From positions 5,017 through 69,016 of the forward strand of contig VXWG01000082.1 of the NCBI GenBank assembly GCA_009836005.1: 64,000 nucleotides of DNA. The letters run 5' to 3'. The notes under the pieces are model-generated. The model was not told where the DNA came from. It made no database searches and saw only the letters and a program-made list of their open reading frames with translations. Numbering within the stretch: the first letter of the stretch is position 1; each line of letters starts with the position of its first letter. Positions 58,301 through 64,000 of the stretch are shown here, in pieces. The translations under genes were made by a program, and so were the position numbers. The DNA comes from Candidatus Palauibacter irciniicola. Its GTDB lineage: Bacteria; Gemmatimonadota; Gemmatimonadetes; Palauibacterales; Palauibacteraceae.

Positions 58301-61300
58301 GACGACCCGCCCTTCGAGATCGACGGTACCACCGGCCGGATCACGGTGGCCAGCGGCGCGGCGCTCGACTACGAGAGCGGCGACACGGTCTACACGGTGA
58401 GCGTCCGTGCGAGCGACGGGACGTTGGCGGACACGGCGGCGGTGACGATCCGGGTGACGGACGTACCCGCGCCGGGCAAGCCGGATGCGCCGACGGTGAC
58501 GGGCGGAAGCGAACAGGTAGCGGTGTCGTGGATCGCGCCCGCGAACGAGGGGCCGGCGATCACGGGCTATGATCTGCGCTACCGGGCGAAGGGAGATGGG
58601 GAGTGGACCGACGTGTCACCTCCCGACGCGGTGCTGTCTCATACAATCGGCGAACTTGATGCGAGTACGACCTATGAAGTGCGGGTGCGGGCGTCGAGTT
58701 CGGAGGGCGCGGGCGAGTGGTCCGATTCGGGCGAAGGGACGACGGAGGCGGCCAACCGGGCACCGTCGTTCGATGCGGAGACCTACAAGCGCGCGGTGGC
58801 GGAGAACTCCGCTGCGGGCACCGCCGTCGGCGAGCCCGTGACCGCCACCGACGAAGACGGAGACGACCTGACGTACAGCCTCGTATCCGGCGAAGACGGC
58901 GGGCCCTTCGAGATCGACGGGACGACGGGCCGGATCACGGTGGCCGAGGGCGCGGCGCTGGACTACGAGAGCGGCAAAACGGCCTACACGGTGAGCGTCC
59001 GGACAACCGACGGGACGCTTGCGGACACGGCGGCGGTGACGATCCGCGTGACGGACATTCTCGCGCCCGGCAGGCCGGACGCGCCCACGGTGACGGGCGG
59101 CGTGGAGAAGGTGGCGGTGTCGTGGATCGCGCCCGCGAGCGAGGGGCCGGAGATCACCGGCTACCAGATCCGCTACCGGTCGAAAGCGGACAGTGCGTGG
59201 ACCGTTCCGACCGCGCTGGACGTGGTGCTTTCCCGCACGATCTCCGACCTCGATGCGGGCACGACCTATGAAGTACAGGTGCGCGCCGTGAGTTCCGAGG
59301 GCGCGGGCGAGTGGTCGGAGTCCGGCGAGGGGACGACGGAGGCGGCCAACCGGACGCCGTCGTTCGATGCGGAGAGCTACGAGCGCGAGGTGCCGGAGAA
59401 CTCGGCGGCCGGTACCGCTGTCGGCGATCCCGTGACCGCGACCGACGAAGACGGCGACGATCTGACGTACAGCCTCGTATCCGGCGAAGACGGCGCGCCG
59501 TTCGAGATCGACGGTGCTACTGGCCGGATCACGGTGGCGGCGGACGCGGCGCTGAACTACGAGAGCGGCGACACGCTGTTCACGGTGCGCGTCGAGGCGA
59601 GCGACGGCGAGCTTGCGGCCACGGTCCCGGTCACGATCCGGGTGACGAACGCGGACGATCCGGGCAATGTCACGCTGAGCCCGGAGACGGCCCGGGTGGG
59701 CGTCGAGATGACGGCGGCGCTGATGGACGAGGACGGCGTGCGGAGCGCGGGCAGGAAGCGGCGCTGGCAGCGGTCCAGGAACGGCAACTCGTGGAACGAC
59801 ATCGGCACGGGCCGCATGTACACGCCCGTGACGGGCGATGCGGGCCGGTGGCTGCGGGTGGTGTTCACCTACTCCGACCGCCACGGTCCGGGCAAGCGGG
59901 CCGTGAGCGACGCGGTGCGGGTGATGGCCGCGAACGCCGCGCCCGCCTTCGGCAAGGACGCCTACGAGCGGTCGGTGCCGGAGAACTCGCCGGGCGGAAC
60001 GAGGGTCGGCAAGCCCGTGACTGCGACCGACGAAGACGGCGACGACCTGACTTACAGCTTCGTCTCCGGCGAGGACGCCGCGCCGTTCGAGATCAACGCG
60101 GGGACGGGCCGGATCACGGTGGCGGCGGACGCGGCGCTGAACTACGAGAGCGGCGACACGCTGTTCACGGTGCGCGTCGAGGCGAGCGACGGCGAACTCG
60201 CGGACACCGCATCGGTGATGATCCGGGTGAAGGACGCGGACGATCCCGGCGAGGTCGCGCTGAGCCCCGAAATGGCGCGGGTGGGCGTCGAGCTTGCCGC
60301 GACCCTGACGGACGAGGACGGCGTGCGGAGCGCGGGCCGGAAGCGGCGGTGGCAGCGTTCGGCGAACGGCTCTTCGTGGAACGAGATCGCCACGGGCGGG
60401 GCGTACAACCCCGTCGCCGCCGACGAGGGCAGGTGGCTGCGGGCGGTGTTCACCTACACCGACGGCCACGGTCCCGGCAAGCGGGCGGTGAGCGACGCGG
60501 TGAAGGTGCTGCCGGCGAACGCGGCGCCCTCGTTCGGGGCCGCGTACGAGCGCGAGGTGCCGGAGAACTCGCCGGGCGGCACGAAGGTCGGCGCGCCGGT
60601 CGCGGCGACCGACCCGGACAATGCGTCGTTGTCGTACAGCTTTGCCGAGGGCGGAGACGAGGCGCTGTTCGGGATCGACGCGGCGACGGGCCAGATCGCG
60701 GTGGCCGAGGGCGCGGCGCTCGACTACGAGGGCGGCGACACGCTGCTCGCGGTGCGGGTCGAGGCGAGCGACGGCGAGCTTGCCGACACCGCGTCGGTGA
60801 CGATCCGGGTGACGAACGCGGACGATCCGGGCACGATCGCGCTGAGCGCGGACGTGGCGCGGGTGGGCGAGCGGCTGACCGCGACGCTGATGGACGAGGA
60901 CCGCTCGGTCGAGCGGAGCAAGATGCGGACGTGGCAGCGTTCGCCCGACGGCGCTGCGTGGACGATGATCGTTCAGGGGGCGGAGCGGCGCTTCTACACC
61001 CCCACCGAAGCGGACAGGGGCAAGTACCTGCGCGCCGTATTCACCTACACCGACGGCCACGGGCCGGGCAAGCGCGCCGAGAGCGCGGCCGTGATGGTCG
61101 TCGGCGCGGCCACGCCGGTCGTCTCGTTCGGCGCGGAAAGCTACGCGGCCGCGCCGGGCGGATCCGCCGATGTCGCCGTGCTCCTGTCGCCCGCGGCATC
61201 CTCGGCGCTCGCCATCGAGGTCGTGGCGGGAGACAGCACGCACACCGTCACGTTCCGGAGCGGAGCAAGCGCGGGCACCTTGAGCCTCGGCACGGCGGGC

Positions 61301-63145
61301 CTCTCGGCCGGGGACACCCTCGCCGTCCGGTTCGGCGACCTGCCCGAAGGGGTTGCCGTCGGCGTTCCGGCAACCACGCGGATCGTCGTCGCGGCGGTGG
61401 CCGGAGACCGGGTATCCCGATCCGTGGCCGAGAAAGAAGAGCCGACCGGGCTTCACGTCCAGTACGCCCAGGCGGAGTACACGGCGGTCGCGGGCGGGCC
61501 GGCGACCGAAATCACGCTGCGGGTGAGCCCCACCGCCGACCGGCGCGTGGCCGTGCCGCTCACGGCCACGCACGCCTCTTCCGTGGAATCCACATTGCCG
61601 GACTCGGTCGTGTTCGAGCCCGGCGACTCGCTTGCGGCGTTCATGCTCGAAGTTCCGGCCGGGACCGGCTCCGGTCTCCTCGCGCTCGGGCTGGGCGCGC
61701 TGCCCGAAGCCGTCAGCGCCGGTGCCGTCGCCTCCGCCACCGTAGACATCGCCGACCACGATCCCGGCCCGCTCCGCGACGAGGCGTTCGACCTCGGACT
61801 CGCCGTCTTCGGACGCGCCGTGGCCGAGGGCGCGCGTCAAGCCGTGGGCGCGCGCATCGACGCCGTCATGCGGCCTGCGGGAAGTGGTTCCGGCACCGGC
61901 ATGCCCGGATCGGCGGCGGAGTGGGCCGGACGCGCGGTCGGCACCCTCGCCTCGCTCAGCGGAGTGCCCCTGGGTGCATCCTCGGCCACCGACATGATCC
62001 GCCGATCCGAATCGGTCGGGCTTCCCACCGGCAGGGAGGCCGTCCGGCGCCTGCTGCCGAGCCTCTCGTTCTCGACCGCGCTCGGGCCGCAGTCGCAGGA
62101 GGGACGCCCGAGGATCGGACTATGGGCCGAAGGGTCCGCACAGTCGTTCCGAGGCGAGCCCGGCATCGGCTACGACGGCGGGCTCCGTGCGCTCACCATC
62201 GGGGCCGACGCACGCATCGGCTCCTCCGCGCTGCTCGGAGTGTCGCTCATGCGCAGCGATGGCGACCTCGACTACTCGCGGCACTCCACGAAAGGCTCGA
62301 TGGGACACGGCATGAACAGCGTCCATCCCTACCTGTTCCTCCAGCCTTCCCCCGGGATCGGACTCTGGGCCATGGCCGGATACGGAAGCGGAGATGTCTG
62401 GGACGGCAACCGCCACGGCGACACCGGCGCGTCGCTGCGCATGCTCTCGGGCGGCGTCAAGGTGCCGCTCGCCCGCAGCGGCGCGTTCGGGCTCGCGCTG
62501 GGCGGCGACGCGTTCGCCGTCGGCATGAGCGCCGAAGACGGCCAGCGCGAAGGGGCGGCCTCGCGCGCCCGCGCCATGCTCGAAGCGTCGTGGACGGGCG
62601 GAGGACTCAAGCTCGCCACGCAGGCCGGGGCGCGCTACGACGGCGGGGACGCCGACACGGGCGGAGGCGCCGAGACCGGAGCCTCCGTCGGCTATGCGGG
62701 CCACGGGCTCGACCTCGACCTCCGTGGAAGACTGGCCTTCGGGTCCGGCTCACACCGCGAATGGGGCGCGGCGCTCAGGCTCGCGTTCGATCCCGGATCA
62801 CGGGGCGAAGGGTTTCGGCTCGTGGTCAGCCCCCGGCACGGACACGACCGGAACGGCATCCACGGGCTCATGGACGCCCGGACCCTCCGGACGATCACGC
62901 CGACCGCGGGACGGGACTGGCGGCTCGACGCCGAAGCCGGCTACGGGTTCAAGAGCCCCGGCGGCGAAGGCGCGTTCGACAGCTACATCCGGCTCTCGGC
63001 GGATGGCCGGAACCGTTCATGGTCGTTCGGAAGCCGGTACGGCGTCAGCCGGACCCTGCGGCTCGGAATCGAGGGATCGCGTACCCGACTGCCTGGTCAA
63101 GACCCCAACTTGGGACTCAGACTCGGACTGGACTTCACCTTCTGA
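52346..63145 (+). CDS. Giant (3599 aa) adhesin-like protein with Calx-beta, cadherin-like and FN3 modules and a C-terminal autotransporter-type beta-barrel
   Basis: Long charged N-region followed by TAFGLLLTAVAPAAAHA signal. Repeated NRAPxF...ENSxxGTAVG...DxDGDxLxYxL and APxNxGPxITGYDxRYR modules. The last ~450 aa are Gly/aromatic-alternating and end in LGLDFTF. Confidence 0.85.
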   Translation: MTIRKLLPPTRSRQPRSRTVEESRLQRLIKARDLRTTAFGLLLTAVAPAAAHASSDPSAAASDTLRVTLSAPEGGTVAEGSTGHFEVSVAGSTAAGTVTVRYSVSGTAVAGEDYTALSGEATVSQGENTARIALEALEDGILDKGETVVLALTGATGPGTVLVDQTAATVEIADNGSVTIALAAVSDTVGEGSTWNSSVIMSTPVADRISLRWRTQDGTALAGRDYTAADEVVTFRPGETSKPISVETLRDDNTETVEVFYVSLGLAVDAARAGIEGAFKVDPQPQSAFIECSVVFPPNVQTMFEFDAPVPADTVIGTVAANTTDGIPYYELDDGGENKFTINSLTAQISTTAALDPGLYELEVTVHDECGAQASIDVSVNVKQPNRPPVVKSPIKNQTLYVGDTKEIDLSTVFNDPDGDVLSYEAVSSKPGVATAVVSGTTLTLTAKGQGEATVTLTAKDPDVLEVADVFNVTVPNRTPKAVGTIQPDTIKVGEDGLVDVSSKFSDPDGDRLTYTVESSDPVVVTAVVSGSDVTYTGEAAGSATVTVTATDPGGLSAVQSFSVTVNQPNRKPTAVGTITDRTVDVGKSGSLGVASKFDDPDDDALKYSTKSSSEDLVEVSVSGSTVTYEGLAEGSAEVTVKATDPGGLFAEQVFTVTVLPPECAISVGDGDFTVPEDAIDVGTVSVTAEHCGELDYALTGAGADDVSVAAASGSDDAKITGSFDFEVKTSYALTLSVSERNGSASASGSVSISVTNVNEPPVVEDRIDDLTLYVGEGTTRQVIELSGVFSDPDGDVLSYEAVSSNTAVATATLQGNSLTVKATGKGETTVTVTAKDQGGLTAVDAFDVQVPNRKPTAVSRMSDRAVDIGESGSVGLTRYFSDPDGDSLTYMSGSSDTDKLTVNGSGSPVTFTGVDVGSATVTVTARDDGGLTAKQQFDVDVYEPARDCKIKVWDADLSVREDAGVGSALNRDVRVDASDCGTLSYALSGTGWGDFSVSAVGANDDDARIRVGRTLNHEGRDAYDLTLTVSEVGGSASSAGDVDISVTDVNEAPKPRNTIGRQTVRIGQPVTVDVTSYFTDEDEGDRLTFTSRSSATGRLTVNASGSPVRLTGVAAGSATVTVTAEDRGGLTATQTIPVTVVPATARCGITVSDGQLSVPEDRGAGAEVTGKVGVTATAACGTLSYALTGTGSGDFSVAAAGASDDDAKVKVARTLDHETRASYALKLTVSSGTVSAEGAVAISLTDVNEPPEIESAIPDTVVAAGKSVSVRVSSHFSDPDGDALTYAARSSATAVAMVSVSGSTVTVKGVSKGRADVTVTARDPGGKTASQSFRVTVTDPVPGNRAPVFASATFERSVLENSPGGTAVGDPVTATDPDGDTLSYALASGGDAGLFGIGASTGRITVAAGAVLDHEGAATHSVSVVASDGTLADTAAVTIKVADVPPPGRPAKPVVTGGDGRVTATWQAPSNTGPAITGYDVRHRSTSASGWTEVSLGDVLTHTVTGLTAGTDYLVQVRAVSPEGAGAWSESGAGTTAAAANRAPAFASAAFERSVPEHSPAGTAVGAPVTASDLDGDTLSYALASGGDAALFAVGARTGQLTVAAGAVLDHESAATHSVSVVASDGALADTAQVTIRLTDVPPPGRPATPGLRGAAGKVTATWSAPPNAGPAITGYDLGYRRDSAGGGWTEVSLGDVRRHALTGLPAGTLYRVRLRAVSAEGAGAWSEPGRTGTSPLFDAASVTRSVEENSAAGTAVGAPVTAAADAGVALRYNFGGDGPPEFVIDGSSGQLRVAEDASLDYEGGKREYAATVVASYMVGGGVAAEELVDVARVTIRVTDVPAPGRPDAPTVTGGTEQVAVSWSAPENEGPEITGYDLRYREKGDDDWTDVSALGTVLSDTIPGLEAGTTYEVRVRASSSEGAGPWSESGEGTTEAANRAPSFDEETHEREVPENSPAGTAVGEPVTATDEDGDALTYSLVSGEDDPPFEIDGTTGRITVASGAALDYESGDTVYTVSVRASDGTLADTAAVTIRVTDVPAPGKPDAPTVTGGSEQVAVSWIAPANEGPAITGYDLRYRAKGDGEWTDVSPPDAVLSHTIGELDASTTYEVRVRASSSEGAGEWSDSGEGTTEAANRAPSFDAETYKRAVAENSAAGTAVGEPVTATDEDGDDLTYSLVSGEDGGPFEIDGTTGRITVAEGAALDYESGKTAYTVSVRTTDGTLADTAAVTIRVTDILAPGRPDAPTVTGGVEKVAVSWIAPASEGPEITGYQIRYRSKADSAWTVPTALDVVLSRTISDLDAGTTYEVQVRAVSSEGAGEWSESGEGTTEAANRTPSFDAESYEREVPENSAAGTAVGDPVTATDEDGDDLTYSLVSGEDGAPFEIDGATGRITVAADAALNYESGDTLFTVRVEASDGELAATVPVTIRVTNADDPGNVTLSPETARVGVEMTAALMDEDGVRSAGRKRRWQRSRNGNSWNDIGTGRMYTPVTGDAGRWLRVVFTYSDRHGPGKRAVSDAVRVMAANAAPAFGKDAYERSVPENSPGGTRVGKPVTATDEDGDDLTYSFVSGEDAAPFEINAGTGRITVAADAALNYESGDTLFTVRVEASDGELADTASVMIRVKDADDPGEVALSPEMARVGVELAATLTDEDGVRSAGRKRRWQRSANGSSWNEIATGGAYNPVAADEGRWLRAVFTYTDGHGPGKRAVSDAVKVLPANAAPSFGAAYEREVPENSPGGTKVGAPVAATDPDNASLSYSFAEGGDEALFGIDAATGQIAVAEGAALDYEGGDTLLAVRVEASDGELADTASVTIRVTNADDPGTIALSADVARVGERLTATLMDEDRSVERSKMRTWQRSPDGAAWTMIVQGAERRFYTPTEADRGKYLRAVFTYTDGHGPGKRAESAAVMVVGAATPVVSFGAESYAAAPGGSADVAVLLSPAASSALAIEVVAGDSTHTVTFRSGASAGTLSLGTAGLSAGDTLAVRFGDLPEGVAVGVPATTRIVVAAVAGDRVSRSVAEKEEPTGLHVQYAQAEYTAVAGGPATEITLRVSPTADRRVAVPLTATHASSVESTLPDSVVFEPGDSLAAFMLEVPAGTGSGLLALGLGALPEAVSAGAVASATVDIADHDPGPLRDEAFDLGLAVFGRAVAEGARQAVGARIDAVMRPAGSGSGTGMPGSAAEWAGRAVGTLASLSGVPLGASSATDMIRRSESVGLPTGREAVRRLLPSLSFSTALGPQSQEGRPRIGLWAEGSAQSFRGEPGIGYDGGLRALTIGADARIGSSALLGVSLMRSDGDLDYSRHSTKGSMGHGMNSVHPYLFLQPSPGIGLWAMAGYGSGDVWDGNRHGDTGASLRMLSGGVKVPLARSGAFGLALGGDAFAVGMSAEDGQREGAASRARAMLEASWTGGGLKLATQAGARYDGGDADTGGGAETGASVGYAGHGLDLDLRGRLAFGSGSHREWGAALRLAFDPGSRGEGFRLVVSPRHGHDRNGIHGLMDARTLRTITPTAGRDWRLDAEAGYGFKSPGGEGAFDSYIRLSADGRNRSWSFGSRYGVSRTLRLGIEGSRTRLPGQDPNLGLRLGLDFTF
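53498..56377 (+). repeat. Coding tandem array: seven ~90-aa DPDGD Ig/cadherin-like modules interleaved with three Cys-containing cadherin-like modules
   Basis: Recurrent PNR(K/T/P)P...F(S/N)DPDGDxL(S/T)Y...ATVTVTAxDxGGL units read from the translation. Confidence 0.7.
59522..59610 (+). repeat. 89-bp perfect direct repeat, copy 1
   Basis: Identical base for base to 60107-60195 (offset 585 nt), checked by hand. Confidence 0.85.
60107..60195 (+). repeat. 89-bp perfect direct repeat, copy 2
   Basis: Identical to 59522-59610. Confidence 0.85.
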
Positions 63146-63348
63146 ACGACACGGCATTCTCCCGTCAATTGACGCCGACAATCCCGCGATTCGCGTTGCG
63201 TGGCTCCGATTCCAGCCGAACGGCAAGGAAGGCAGATCGTGCAGTCCCTATTGAACTTAGAAGATTCCTTGCCTTGATCTACATCGCGCTCGGAGCGCTG
63301 TCCCAGCGTCGCGATCCTTCCCGCTCCGCAGCCGCGGCACCCTCGGCG

Positions 63349-64000
63349 ATGCCGCGCGGGAGATGGCTGGTCCTGACCGTGGTTACCGTGCTGGGCGTCG
63401 GGCTGGCCGCGGGCGCGGCGCCGCTGGCTGCGCAGGGACTCGAGGGGGTGGGGGGCGCGATCGACGAGCCGTTCTTCTCCCGCCTGGCGCGGGGCCTGCT
63501 CGGGATCGCCTTCCTGCTCACCACGGTGTGGCTCTGCTCGGCTCACCGCAGGTCGATCTCGTGGCCGCTCGTCGCGAAGGGGCTCGGGCTTCAGATCGCC
63601 TTCGCCCTCCTCGTTCTCAAGACGGGGATCGGTCACACCTTCTTCAGCGCCGTCAACGACATCTTCGTCGCGCTCATCGGGTACACGAACGACGGGTCGC
63701 GCTTCGTGTTCGGGTCGCTCGTCGACTACGGGACTCCGGTCGAAGGGGGCGCGGGCGGCGTGGTGAACATCGGCGCGAATTTCGCCTTCAGCGTCCTGCC
63801 CACGATCATCTTCTTCTCTTCTCTCATGGCCCTCGCCTATCACCTGGGGTTCATGCAGCGGGTCGTGCGGGGCGTCGCGTGGGCGATGCAGCGCACCCTG
63901 GGGACGAGCGGCGCGGAGACGACCTCGGCCGCCGGCAACATCTTCGTCGGCCAGACCGAGGCGCCGCTCCTCATCCGGCCCTTCGTGGACCGGATGACGA
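63349..64000 (+). CDS. nupC: Concentrative nucleoside transporter (NupC/CNT family), 5' part only
   Basis: Not in the ORF track because it has no stop in the window. My translation from ATG 63349 gives several TM helices and the CNT motif GNIFVGQTEAPLLIRPF. Confidence 0.8.
   Translation, partial: MPRGRWLVLTVVTVLGVGLAAGAAPLAAQGLEGVGGAIDEPFFSRLARGLLGIAFLLTTVWLCSAHRRSISWPLVAKGLGLQIAFALLVLKTGIGHTFFSAVNDIFVALIGYTNDGSRFVFGSLVDYGTPVEGGAGGVVNIGANFAFSVLPTIIFFSSLMALAYHLGFMQRVVRGVAWAMQRTLGTSGAETTSAAGNIFVGQTEAPLLIRPFVDRMT

Larger units (their letters stand above)
56378..61100 (+). repeat. Coding tandem array of eight ~585-609 bp units (five cadherin+FN3, three cadherin+WQRS-domain). End coordinate approximate.
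   Basis: Unit starts (AAC of N-R/A-A/T-P) at 56378, 56969, about 57551, 58160, 58754, 59348, 59933 and 60518. Confidence 0.75.

Noticed and set aside
56378-61100. Regularly spaced repeats that might suggest a CRISPR array
   Set aside because: The period is about 590 bp and the repeats are in-frame protein modules within one long ORF. There are no short repeat/spacer units and no cas genes.
54536-61840. 970-aa and 1074-aa minus-strand ORFs inside the giant adhesin gene
   Set aside because: They are antisense to a repetitive coding array. Their apparent internal repeats simply mirror the sense-strand repeats.

Overview
High-GC (about 70% by eye) bacterial chromosome segment. I cannot assign a phylum without a database search. 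There are four blocks.

(1) 1-30.5 kb, ordinary core genes. These are a type IV pilus cluster (pilA, three minor pilins, pilMNOPQ), then aroC-aroK, topA-xerC-hslVU, argF, a gcvT ORF that runs without a stop into a MogA-like domain, and a sigma-54 enhancer-binding protein. On the minus strand follow a DUF1214-like/sulfotransferase/SDR/SRPBCC operon, engB-clpX-clpP-tig, tRNA-Leu(UAG), htrA and dnaK.

(2) About 30.6-48.5 kb, a compact integrative conjugative element (ICE). It carries a tyrosine integrase, an excisionase-like HTH protein, ArdC, VirB11, a VirD4-type coupling protein, and VirB2/3/4/9/10/TrbJ/6/8 homologues in a non-canonical order. A small regulator and a divergent S24 (CI/SetR-like) repressor sit at the right end. 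No canonical relaxase is visible. Instead there are two winged-helix replication-relaxation-like proteins, one of them next to a repeat-rich 300-nt non-coding gap that I propose as oriT.

(3) 48.5-63.1 kb, two very large surface proteins. One is a 1223-aa lipoprotein combining Ig-like, LRR and cadherin-like domains with a HExxH peptidase. Its LRR block has clearly foreign codon usage. The other is a 3599-aa protein with Calx-beta, cadherin-like and FN3 passenger modules and a C-terminal autotransporter-type barrel.

(4) 63.3 kb to the end, the 5' part of a NupC-family nucleoside transporter.

Start codons were refined by hand from stop/start overlaps and Shine-Dalgarno-like sequences. All family names come from motif recognition, not from searches. 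Long antisense ORFs in the track are treated as GC-driven artefacts.
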